A stretch of 64,000 nt of DNA, from positions 18,352,001-18,416,000 of the forward strand of contig OZ024750.1 in the NCBI GenBank assembly GCA_964016885.1. Reading direction: 5' to 3'. The position numbers were made by a program, and so were the translations under genes. Positions 26,169-37,764 of this stretch are shown piece by piece. The notes below the pieces were generated by a model. The model saw only the letters and a program-made list of their open reading frames with translations, made no database searches and was not told the origin of the DNA. The DNA is from Eledone cirrhosa (lineage: Eukaryota). Position 1 is the first letter of the stretch, and the number at the start of each line of letters is the position of its first letter.

Positions 26169-26379
26169 TTGAAGGAGGCACATGACTGGAATTTCCAGTG
26201 GGAGAGAAAGATCGGAAGGTTAAAGCCATGGAACAGTTCCTAGCTTCAAGGGACTTACACACCTAAAACATGAATGAAGAATTTAGTCTAGAGTCTGGAA
26301 ATGGAGGAGTCTGACAAGAAGGAATTGTAGGAGATTTTATTTGAATAGGAGAAGGAGGTTCTATTTAATTGTTAAATAG

Positions 26380-27390
26380 CATGTATGTATGTATGTATGT
26401 ATGTGTCTATGTAGCAGGTGAAGGTGGGTGTATATGTATCTATGGGCTTGTGGAAGTGTGTGTATATGTTTATGAATGTGTGTATGCGTTGGTGTCTGAG
26501 TGGGAATATGTATGTATGTGTGTGTGTATGTATGTATGTATGTAGTATGTATGTATGTAGTATGTATGTGTGTATGTAGTATGTGTGTATGTAGTATGTG
26601 TGTATGTATGTGTGTATGTATGTGTGTATGTATGTGTGTATGTGTGTGTGTATGTGTGTATGTGTGTGTGTATGTGTGTATGTGTGTGTGTGCACGTATG
26701 TGTGTATGTGTGTATGTATGTATGTGAGTGTGTGGGAGTATATTTGTGTCGAAGCATATCTATGTGTTTTGTGGGTATGTGTTTATGAATGAGTGTATGT
26801 ATATGTGTACATGTGTATGTATTTATGTGTATGAAAGCGTATACGTTGGTATCTAGGGGGAACGAATGAAGATAAAAACTTGCAATTTAAATGACTTATT
26901 TCACAGTATTGGTGGTGGTGTTGATGGTGGTGGTGTTGGTTGTGGTAGAGGTGGTGGTAGAGGTGGTGGTGGTGGTAGTGAAGTGGTGGTGGTGGTAGTG
27001 AAGTGGTGCTTGAGGGAGGTGGGTGGCAGTGATGGTGTTTGGTAAAGGTGAGATAATGGTTGTACATTCATTAATGATCGAAATGTCAATAAAGCTACTG
27101 ATGATGATGATGACGACGATGATGATGATAGTGATAATAGTGATAATAGTGACGGTGATGATGGTCATGATGATAGTGATGATGATGGTGGCTGCGATAA
27201 CTGATGATGATGATGATGATGACGACCGTGGTAATAGTGATGATGATGGTAAACATGATGGAGAGGAGGGTGGTCATGATGATGATGATGATGATGATAA
27301 TGGTAATGATGGTAAACATGATGGAGAGAAGGGTGGTCATGATGATGATGATGATGGTAAACATCATGAGAAAGATGTGGGTGGTCATGA
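26380..27390. repeat. Compound (TATG)n/(TG)n, then (GGT)n/(GAT)n low-complexity tract with an internal triplication
   Basis: Direct reading; GATGGTAAACAT(G/C)ATG..GGGTGGTCATGA occurs three times. Confidence 0.9.
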
Positions 27391-27744
27391 GGGGGAGATG
27401 ACAGTTTGTCAAACCACAACATAGTAGCAAATGACAGTCATTTTCCTCGGCCTTTAAAAATAAGTGGGTGTGTGGGAGAGTGGGTGTGTGGGAGAGGGGG
27501 TGTGTGGGAGAGGGGGTGACCTAGTATCTTCCTTACTCCAAACAATGGGGTCTATGTCCTGATAATGTGTCAGAGCCTAGGACTCACCACATGGTCACAT
27601 GACATCGATGAAATCAAGTATGAGCCAATACAAGAGCCTCCATAGAGGTCACTCAACCTACTTGGCATGGAATGGAATGGATCTCAGTCGGTTTCAATGA
27701 TGAGTGTTCCAGTTGCATGATCAATGGAATAGCCTGGTGAGCTT

Positions 27745-28208
27745 TACCTACCTGCATTAAACATGAACTGAGCTGCCATGATGATCTGTCTCTCACCTTC
27801 TATGGTGGGCTGTACCAACCTACATTAATAATGAACTGAGCTGCCAAAGGGATCTGTACCTACCTACATTAATAATGGACTGAGCTGCCAAAATAAGCTG
27901 TACCTACCCACATTAATGATGGACTGAGCTGCCATGGTGGGCTGTACCTACCCTCATTAATATTAGACTGAGCTGTCATGGTGGGCTGTACCTACCCTCA
28001 TTAATAATGGACTGAGCTGTCATGGTGGGCTGTACCTACCCACATTAATAATGGACTGAGCTGCAATAGTGGGCTCTGTCTACCCACATTAATAATGGAC
28101 TGAGCTGCAATAGTGGGCTCTGTCTACCCACATTAATAATGGACTGAGCTGCAATAGTGGGCTATACCTACCTATATTCATACTTACTGCTAGGTGGACT
28201 GAGCTACA
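27745..28208. repeat. ~44-bp minisatellite (about 10 units)
   Basis: Unit ACCTACCCACATTAATAATGGACTGAGCTG(C/T)CATGGTGGGCTGT; flanked by SINE tail pieces. Confidence 0.95.
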
Positions 28209-28298
28209 CTGGTCAAAGGTGCAGTCTTGTCATTTACTGTATAATGTTGACTACACTTGAGAATTATGTGAAGAATGCATGTGTGTGTGTGTGGGTGT

Positions 28299-28354
<56 letters not shown>

Positions 28355-28732
28355 TGTGATACTCAACCACTTCACATTAATTTCATGAGCAGGCTGCTGT
28401 TCCATTGGTCAAACAACTGGAATACTCAGTCAAACCTGTCAAGGGTTCTTTCCCTTCAATTCTGATATCTCCCCTCCATACACATGCACACATGTATCTG
28501 TATATCATGACTCATACACTGTTCACTTTCCTGACATTTGTACATTATTCTATGTACTATACATGCACCTTTGACGAGTTGTAGTGCACCTGAGCACTGT
28601 ACACAATAATTTCCTTTTTATTATTTTAATTCCATATGAAAAAGGAAAATTAAATTTGCAGCTTACACCTATGAAGGTTTAGTTAGCCTCCTATGAGGTT
28701 ATATCTCATAGAAAGTTTCTTGGCCATTTTAA

Positions 28733-28953
28733 CCCTTTAGCATTTAAACCAGCCATATCTGGCCAGAATTCTCTCACCTCTTTCTATTCAAACTGGCTGT
28801 AACCAGCCATTCGTACTGATGTTGAGGCATTGTTCTCAAAAAAATTATATCAAAATCTCTCAGATTCAATACTATGTGAGATAATTATGCGAGGTAAAAC
28901 CTTTACCATAAAAATATGATAGTAAATATAAAGTAATGTAAATACTAATAGGG
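28733..28953. mobile_element. piggyBac-type MITE family P1 inside a minus-strand SINE tail (other P1 copies near 7039, 12045, 24974, 31612, 40737)
   Basis: TTAA-CCCTTTAGCATTTAAACCAGCC start; right end decayed. Confidence 0.85.
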
Positions 28954-30080
28954 GCCACAGTCCTATCATGAAAATCAACATGAAATGAAGCGTCTTTCTC
29001 AAGATCACAACACACCACCCAGTCCTAAAATGAAAGCCACAACATTATGATTATGAATTCAACACTAACTAAACCACTTAGTAACTCGTTAAGTGGTAAG
29101 GTGCAGCATTGTCACTTTCTATATCACATTGATTGTACATGAGAACTATGTTAAGGGTACACAAGGCTGTGGAGTTTTCAACAATTGACTAACCCTAACA
29201 CTGACCATTAAAGGTGAGATGTTCAATACATTCCATGGGTGTATCCTTATTTCATATATTTTAAATGCTGACCCACATGCTTTTATTCTCAACAAAGAGA
29301 TCAACATCCTGTATGTACTGGATGACCTACTGCAGCTTAGATAATAAAATTCAGGATAGGCAGCCAGAAACATTCATTTAATTGTCATCTCTGGTTTCTA
29401 GTGTGTTTATATGTCTAACAGATAAATCATTACGGAAAACATATGGCCGAGTGGTTAGGGTGTTGGGCTCATGATCTAAGTCCATGTGTTCAATTCCCTG
29501 ACCGGTGTGTCATATTGTGTGTGTGTGTAAAGCACTTCATTTCATATTCACGCAGATAAAAATGAGTACCAGCAGCAAATGGGAGTTAAACATTCGATAA
29601 ATTGGCGTCCAGTCTTGTACTCTCAGTCATTTAACCTTTTCAATAGCAAACTGCCCCTGGTTCTATGATATTAAACTGTGTTTTAAGGTATTCATATTTA
29701 TCAAAAATGTTTCCATCATTATGTTATGTAAGAACCTTTGTTAAATTATGCTCCAAATACCAACTTAATGAGAAAGTTTGTTACATTTTAAATCCCTTCA
29801 AATTCTTGATTATTTTCAAAACCATAAGACATGTCTTTCATTAGAAATATCTCATGAAATTGAGATAAGCTCTAGCCCAGCACTAGTAATGATGTATTGT
29901 GTCCTTGAGCAAGATACTTGATTTCATGTTACTTCAGTTCACTGAGCTGGTGGTTAGCTCTGTGATGTGCTGATAACCCATTCTTAGGGAGTTTTATACT
30001 GAACATCCATGATACTGGGATAAGTTCTGGGTTTCATTCTAACCCATGCAAAGCATGAAAAAACAGACATAAAACAATAT

Positions 30081-30650
30081 GTGGGTACACAGTGTGTAGC
30101 ATCAGACATGGTGTGGGTACACAGTGTGTAGCATCAGACATGGTGTGGGTACACAGTGTGTAGCATCAGACATGGTGTGGGTACACAGTGTGTAGCATCA
30201 GACATGGTGGGGGTACACAGTGTGTAGCATCAGACATGGTGGGGGTACACAGTGTGTAGCAACAGACATGGTGTGGGTACACAGTGTGTAGCATCAGACA
30301 TGGTGTGGGTACACAGTGTGTAGCATCAGACATGGTGGGGGTACACAGTGTGTAGCATCAGACATGGTGTGGGTACACAGTGTGTAGCATCAGACATGGT
30401 GTGGGTACAGTGTGTAGCATCAGACATGGTGGGGGTACACAGTGTGTAGCATCAGACATGGTGGGGGTACACAGTGTGTAGCATCAGACATGGTGGGGGT
30501 ACACAGTGTGTAGCAAGACATGGTGTGGGTACACAGTGTGTAGCATCAGACATGGTGGGGGTACACAGTGTGTAGCATCAGACATGGTGGGGGTACACAG
30601 TGTGTAGCATCAGACATGGTGTGGGTACACAGTGTGTAACATCAGACATG
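30081..30650. repeat. Homogeneous 32-bp minisatellite (about 18 units)
   Basis: Unit G(T/G)GGGTACACAGTGTGTAGCATCAGACATGGT. Confidence 0.98.
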
Positions 30651-30659
30651 CTAGCATCA

Positions 30660-31215
30660 TGAGAAAATGCACTCAGTGCACTGTAAAGTGATAGTGATGG
30701 TGCCATGATAAAACACAAGCAGTACATTCTGCAAAGTGATAGTGCAGGTACCATGATAAAATGCACCCAGTACACTCTGTAAAATGGTAGAGCTGGTACT
30801 ATAAGAAAATGCACCCAGTACACTCTGTAAAACGGTAGTGCTGGTACTTTGATAAAATGCACCTAGTACACTCAGTAAAATGGTAGTGCTGGTACCATGA
30901 TAAATGCACTCAGTACACTCAGTAAAATGGTAGTGCTGGTACCATGATAAATGCACTCAGTACACTTTGTAAAATGGTAGTATCAGTATTGTTATAAAAT
31001 GCACCCAATACACTCTGTAAAGTGGTTGGTGATAAGAATGGCATCCAACTGTAGAATCCATGCCAAAACTGGAACATATGTAAGTAAAATTCAGTCCCTG
31101 GAATGCCAGGGAGGATAGTAGCTTTGTCTGTGAAGACAAGTACTGACTTGGTCTGTGATAATTGTCCAACCCATGTCAGCATGAAAGAATAAACGTTAAA
31201 TGATGATGGTGATAA
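30660..31215 (+). mobile_element. RTE-tail retroposon with about 7 tandem copies of a ~48-bp segment
   Basis: Repeats of GGTACCATGATAAAATGCACCCAGTACACTCTGTAAAATGGTAGTGCT, then GGCATCCAACTGTAGAA..CAACCCATG..ACGTTAAATGATGAT. Confidence 0.85.
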
Positions 31216-31344
31216 TGGTTGTGTGGTAACACAATGTATACCAGACATGGTGTGGTAACAATAAGGCCTAGGTTGCAGACCTCAGAACCTTAAAATATAA
31301 TCAAATTAAATATATAATAATTTCCTGCAATCAATAAATAAAGC

Positions 31345-31606
31345 ACTAAACATCTTTGCTGCATAGCAGCATTGTGGAAATATCCACAGCTGCAGAGAAT
31401 CTTATGACCTGTAACATTATTTGGCATAGGTGAGTCTGGACTGTGTTGTGGAAAATGCAAGCTGAGTAATTTTCTTAGTGTAGTGAAAACAAGAAGTGTC
31501 AAAAACTAGGTTTATCAGCTTACCAAACCATAAGTTGAAATTATTTTATTTGGGAAAATAGGGAACATAACCAGGAAAACGAGGCAGGCATCCATTGTAG
31601 AGCTAG
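31345..31606 (+). repeat. Old interspersed repeat, homologous to 60790-61066; resumes at 32378-32410 after nested insertions
   Basis: Shared GTGGAAAATGCA.GCT, CAAGAAGTGTCAAA.ACTAGGTTT.TCAGCTT, TAAGTTGAAATTATTTTATTTGGGA, AGAGCTAG / CTAGCCTAGGGT. Confidence 0.75.
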
Positions 31607-32447
31607 TTTAACCCTTTAGCATCTAAACCTGCTGTATCCGGCCAGAATTCTCTCTGTTCAAACTGGTCATAACCAGCTTCTCATACTTATGTTAAGGTGT
31701 TGTTCGCAAAATAAATACCAAAATCTCATAGCTTCAATATTATGTGAGATAAAACCTTTGCCGTGGAAATACAATAGTAAATATAGAGTAGTGTAAATGC
31801 TAGAGTTAAAAAGAGTCTTAATTTTGTCTGAAACCCAGAGGCTCATGAAGCCGGTGTTTATCCCAGTTTTCCAGGTGTTAAGCATCTAAGAGTACAAGAC
31901 TCCCCACTGGACAGGATACCAGTACTCATTTTCAGTTGAATATGCTGGAACAAGAAGAAATGAAGTGTTTTGCTCAAGAACACAACACACAACCTGGTCC
32001 AGGAATCAAACCTTAACCATTTTCCCATATATGGTATGATCCCATAACTCCTGACAGAATCATGGGGATGCCATATTGACATACAGCATTTCTTGGGCAT
32101 GTTAAACCTGGCAGAGCTCATCTCCTATCCAGGCCCAAGTGCAGCAGATTTCTTCCAGAGAAAGCTAGAAAGTGAGAGAGAGAGGAAATGAGAAAGATAT
32201 ATAGAGGAAGAATTGACCACAGTACTAGACTGGTATTTTTTATATCGACCTCGAAAGGATGAAAGCGGGATTTGAACTCCAAGAATAGAGATCCGGAACA
32301 AATATCATAAAGCATTCTATCCGACGTTCTAACGACTCTGCCAATTCGCTGTCCTTGGTCATGTACCTTATTTCGAACTAGCCTAGGGTGCTAAATACCT
32401 AGACACTGGATCTAGTAACAGTGTATAACACAATCTTCTGACATTAA

Positions 32448-32638
32448 GGGCGGTGGATTGGCAGTATCGGTAGAGGGTCTGACGCTATGCTTTTCAGCAA
32501 AGAGTTACGCCCCTTAATGGTTTGCGTTCAAATCCCGCCGAGGTTAACTTTGCCTTTCATCCTTACGGGGTCGATAAAATAAAGTACCAGTAATGTATTG
32601 GGTTATTGCTGGCCTTGTGCCTAAAGTAGAAACAATTA
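32448..32638 (+). mobile_element. SINE family A
   Basis: Near-consensus copy. Confidence 0.92.
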
Positions 32639-32654
32639 TATGGCAACACACAAT

Positions 32655-32980
32655 CTATCCTTCTTCACCCACTTATTCCTGAGAGGGTCGTGGGGCTAGA
32701 GTCCTCAAATACTCTTTACAGCGGGTCCTGTCAGAAGCAACTGTTTCCAAGGATGGATTTCCAAGCGTGACCTGCCAAGCTCATAGATGTTATCCAACCA
32801 TCTTGCTCGGGGCGCTATCCTTGGGTCTCTTGCCAGTCGGTTTTGCCCGTAACATCTGTCCAACGATTCTTTCCTGAAACTTTCTAACCACATGCCCATA
32901 GCATCGGAGTTGCGATCTCTCGGAGAAGTAGCGCCTCTACTTGGAGTGACTCTCTGATCTCCGAGTTACACACTTTATCG
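32655..32980 (-). mobile_element. Rex3/Expander-like RTE 3' fragment
   Basis: DKVCNSEIRESLQVEALLLR / ERSQLRCYGHVVR..PTGKRP / PRARWLDNI..LG.SRLEI.P across frameshifts; 3' end CCCCACGACCC..GGAATAAGTGGGTGAAGAAGGATAGAT. Confidence 0.8.
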
Positions 32981-33108
32981 TTAAACATTATATAATGTCA
33001 TACACGTATTTTCCACAGACTTAATGTGCTCCCACAAACTACCATTAATGTTCTGTACCGCATGAAACCACATTAGCATGATATTAAAATTCAAGTCTTT
33101 ACTGCAAT

Positions 33109-33700
33109 ACTGCCAATTTTCACAACGATCTGTCCACTAGTAAATATACAATAAACATTTGAATTAACAAATCTGTTTTAGATATTTTCTGATAAAATCA
33201 TTACAGGGTGTTAAAATATAATACAGCAAATTTTCACAGCAATCTGCCCACTAGTAAATATATTACAAACATATGAATGAAATGTTGTAGTGCCCCTGAG
33301 CACTGTTCACAATTTTCTGGCAGTATCGGTAGAGGGTCGGGCGCCATGTTTTGCAGCACAGAGTTACGGCCCTTTACGGTCTGAGTTCAAATCCTGCCGA
33401 GGTTAACTTTGCCTTTCATCCTTACGAAGTCGATAGAATAAAGTACCAGCAATGCACTGGGATAATTGCTGGCCTTGTGCCAAAAGTAGAAACAATTATT
33501 ATTAAACCATATGAAACTACATAAGCCACACATTCACAGAAACTACATAAGCGGCACTAAGACTGCAACTCATTAAAAATTGAAGAAATTACTGCAAATT
33601 TTCACAATGATCTATACACTAGTAAAGATACTATAAACATTCGAATTGACGAAGCTAATTTTAGATATTTTCTTCTAAATCATTGCTGCATGTTATAGGT
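33109..33700. repeat. Three diverged ~115-bp direct repeats, with a SINE family A copy at 33318-33499 between them
   Basis: TAC(T/A)GC.AATTTTCACA..(G/A)ATCT...CACTAGTAAA near 33109, 33222 and 33590. Confidence 0.8.
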
Positions 33701-34470
33701 CAAACTGTCATGAGATGTTAATATTTACAACAAAGAACGTAAAAGATTTTTTCCTCCCTAAATCCAGGCGTTTAGAATTGTTTTGTTTGTTTGTTTGTTT
33801 TTTGTTGTTGTTGTTTTTTCATTAAATGCTCTTAGTAATATTTACTAGAGCAACACCACCATCATTATTAACAATAATAGTAACATCACTACTAAAAACA
33901 CCACCACTGCCACCAAAAAGAAGACACGAGCAATCGCTCGATCTGCTAGAAATAGCAGCCAAATTTCCTTCAATGACACCCTGCCGTGTCAAAAAGGGAT
34001 TCACTAGATAATGACAGAGCTAGATATATACGTATATAAAAGAAGGGGTGGCCAGGACTGGAATGGCTCTGATCAAATGGTCAGCCTTATTTTGACTGAC
34101 TTCAGGCTATACAGCAGAATCATCATTTTCATGCCAACAATGGCATCAACACCTCCACCGCTACCACGAACGTCAACATCACTACCACCAATAACACCAC
34201 CACCACCACCACTACCACAAACAACAACACCAACACCACCAGCAGAGCCACTACCCCACCACCACAACAACAACAACAACAACGTCTTCAACCCCACCAA
34301 CAACAATACTCACCACCATCACAACCAGCTTCAACCCCCCCCCCCCCCCACCAATATCATCATCATCAACAACAACACCACCACCGTTACAAACAATAAC
34401 AACACCAGATAAATTCCATTGAAATTGTTGCCGTTTGAGATAAGAGAACAACGTTATAATGAGAGGGGGG

Positions 34471-34506
<36 letters not shown>

Positions 34507-35055
34507 GAAATAACAGAGACACAGAGAGATGGGGGGGGGGGGAGAAATGCGAGAGTGAAACAGAGTAAGTTGTAATTAAGAAATCTTATAATGGTGATAA
34601 AAACAGAAATGGGAAGGGGAAGACGGTTTATCATGACGACGACAACGATGATAGGTTTGTTTTTGTTTGTTTTTCCTTATATTTTTTTCTAATTTTTTTG
34701 CGAAAATTTTTGAAGAAATATATGAAGCAAGGTACAATACAACAGAACAAAACGAAACGAGGGGGGAAAAAATCATAAGCAACCACCAACGTGCGTGAAT
34801 AAAAATAAACGAATAAGGAAAGAAACTACTTAAATTTATCAGTAAATCAAATACATACGAAAATTAAATCGATATTTTTGTGTGTTCGTTGTGAGGCTTC
34901 CAGTTTTAATAGGATTTAACTAGAGAAAGAAATAAAAAGAAAAAAAAACACAGAATGAACGTGATCGTTTGAGAAGGGAGAAAAAAATATATGTATATAT
35001 ATATATAAAGAATGGTTTTCTGAAGGAGAACGGGGAGAAACCACAGATAAATACT

Positions 35056-35130
<75 letters not shown>

Positions 35131-35779
35131 ATTTCTTTTTACTGGTTTCATTCATAAGATTCAGGCTATGCTGGGGCAACGCCTTAATTTGGTCGCTCAC
35201 ATCGACCCCAGTGAAGGCGGCGAATTGACAGAGTTGTTAGAGCGTCGGATAGAATGCTCGACCGGTTTTCTTCTGGCTCTCAGCGATCTGAGTTCAAAAC
35301 CCATCGAAGTCAATTTTGCCTTTTATCCCTTTGCAGTACTAGGGTCGATTCTTCCTCTACATCTCTTTCACTCTCTCCTTCTCAGACCTGGAGAGGAGAT
35401 GGGCTCTGGCAGGTTTAAAATGCCCTATACACGCTGTATGTCACTACGACACCTCTACAATTTCGGGCCCATGCATACGTTTTGGGCCCATACATACATC
35501 GACTCAAGTAGATAGTTAAGTCTGCTACTTATTTCATCGATCTCTTTCCTTATGGAACATAGACACAAACCATACACCATAACCTTTGTTAAGTTATGTT
35601 CCAAACACCAGCTTAATAGCGAAAAAGTTATATTGTTAAGTCGTTCAAAATTCTTGATTATTTTCATTAGAAATTTCGCAATGAAAGGGTTAAGGCATTG
35701 TTGTGCCCCAACATGGCCACAATCCAATGACTGAAACTAGTTAAAGAATAATATTTAAACGTGGGTGTGGAACGATAAC

Positions 35780-36380
35780 TGTGTTGCTGGTGATGGAAGT
35801 GCTGGTGATTGTGTTAGTGTTGATGGTGTTTTTGGTGGTGGAAGTGTTAATGTGGTAAGATAATGACGGTGGTGTTGGTGATGGTGATTGTGTTGTGTTG
35901 GTGTTTATGGTGGCGGAAGTGTTGGTGTGGGTAAGACTGATGGTGGTGTTGCTGATGCTGGTAATGTTGATGATTGTGTTAGTGTTTTTGGTGGTGGTGG
36001 TGGTGGTGGTGGTAATGTTGTTGATGGTGGTAGTGAAGTTGTTAGTGATAGTGATGGAAGTGTTGGAGATGATGGTGGAAATGTTGGTAGTGTTGTTGGC
36101 GGCGCTGGTAGAGTTGTAGATGTTTTTGTTGGTGGTTGTGTTGGTGATGGTGGTTGTGTTGGTGACGGTAGTGGTGTTGGTAATGTAAGTGATGGCGATA
36201 GCGTTGTTGTTGGTAGCAGTGTTAGTGATAGTAGTCGAGTTGATTTTTTTTTTTTTGTTGGTGGCGATGGTGATAGTGTAATATAACGGTGGTGGTGGTG
36301 GTGGTGGTAATGGTAGTGTTGGTATGGTAAGACAGTAGTTATGTTGTTGATATTGATGTTGGTGATGGCGGTGTAATAAG
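35780..36380. repeat. Degenerate (GGT/GAT/GTT)n trinucleotide tract; complementary-type (CCA/ACA)n tract at 34130-34405
   Basis: Direct reading. Confidence 0.9.
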
Positions 36381-37039
36381 GCAGTGTTGGTGTTGCTGAC
36401 TTCCCCATTTTATTTCCTGCCTGCTGTGATGTCACAACAGCCACTACAAAAGAGAGAAGAAAACCAAAAGAAAGAACACAACCAGAGCCAAGTAGTAGTA
36501 GTAGTACAAAGACTAAATACAACGACCGAGTCTGTAGTGGGAGAGAAGGGGGGGGGGGGAACGACACAACCGCCGCCGCCACCACCACCTGCACCAATAA
36601 CTATAACTCACTGACAATACCAAATGTCACTCTCTCAGTCTAACGTAAAACCCTTACCCAAACCTTAACCCGACTCTACACTTAGCTACTTTCCGTCAAT
36701 CTTGGGACTTCTCATATACCTATCATTTATTTATTATTTATTTAATCAATTTAAACGTCGTGTGAAGCTGGTAGGCCATGACAGAATGGGAAAGGTATCT
36801 AATACCCCTTATAATTAAGAAACAAAAACAAAAGAGAAAGAAAGAGAAAAAAGATAGAGTGTGTGTGTGTGTGTGTGTGAAAAAAGTGTGAGTGTGTGTG
36901 GCAAAAGAAATAAAAACAAGAAAAAGATGAAAAACAAAACAGTTGAATGTTTCTGTTGAATCTTTCCGTAGCCTCCAATCTTGGCAGCCCTTTTTTTAAA
37001 GACCTCTTACTTTTTAAATGCCCTCCTTACACCGAAACA

Positions 37040-37400
37040 AATAGCACCACCAGGGGAATTATTTAAGACTCAAAATAATGAACAGCAAAGAGAAGAAGAA
37101 AAAAAAATTAAATTATGAAAAAAAGAGGAAGGGGCAGGCTCCACACCCTTAACTAAGCGGTGTATCTTAGCTGCGCCCTGCTGACAAGATGGCGAAATCA
37201 TAGCCGCAGAGAACAGCCAGCGACACCCGCTGCATCAGCCAATCCAATTCACGTGGCGCCTTCCTCAGGTGGGATGCACTCCTAATTTTAGGTAAGAAAA
37301 TGATAGTCCGGGGACCGAAGAAACCAGGTCTTGGTGGCGACCGGCACGAAAAGAAAGCGGCCGATGAAACCCCGGTATCAAATGTCATTCACAGTCGATG
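37040..37400. promoter_or_regulatory. GC/CpG-rich unique segment with clustered promoter/insulator-type motifs
   Basis: CCACACCC 37141-37148, YY1-like CAAGATGGCG 37185-37194, CTCF-like GCAGCGGGTGTCGC (minus, 37220-37233), AGCCAATC 37237-37244, CACGTG 37250-37255, donor AG|GTAAGA after 37291. Confidence 0.5.
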
Positions 37401-37764
37401 CTATACTATCCGAGCGGAATTCTTTCTCAGTCAATTCGTCTAACCCTTACCAAGCCCCCATCCCTACATTCAGCTGCTTTCCGTCAATCTTGGGACTACC
37501 TATAGCTATTAAGTCAAAGCTAGCTTCTGGTAGCAATGTTTTCCACAAACACACACACACAGGGCACGTCTCCAGGGGTAGATATTGGGTGGTACTGCCT
37601 ACACACACACTTACTCAAAGGTGCACCCTCAAATTTAGAAAAAAATTACGGTGGTAAGCTTATTTCAAAACTCCGCCTTAGAATTAGTGCCTACCCAGAA
37701 TGTTTTGAATTCGACTCCCCACTTCCTCAGAAAAGCCTGGCGACGCGTCTGACACACACATACA

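Noticed and set aside
27023-27424. Asp/His/Gly-rich ORF resembling acidic or metal-binding proteins
   Set aside because: (GAT)n-derived, multiple frames open on both strands, no supporting exon structure
35905-36597. 230-aa Ser/Thr/Pro-rich ORF and opposite-strand Gly/Val ORF
   Set aside because: Degenerate trinucleotide repeat open in several frames on both strands
37245-37272. Hammerhead core CTGAGGA on the minus strand (similarly CTGATGA at ~45102-45108)
   Set aside because: No proper stem II followed by GAAA
37438-37452. Telomerase RNA template-like CTAACCCTTAC
   Set aside because: Imperfect and part of a local direct repeat; no other telomerase RNA features recognisable
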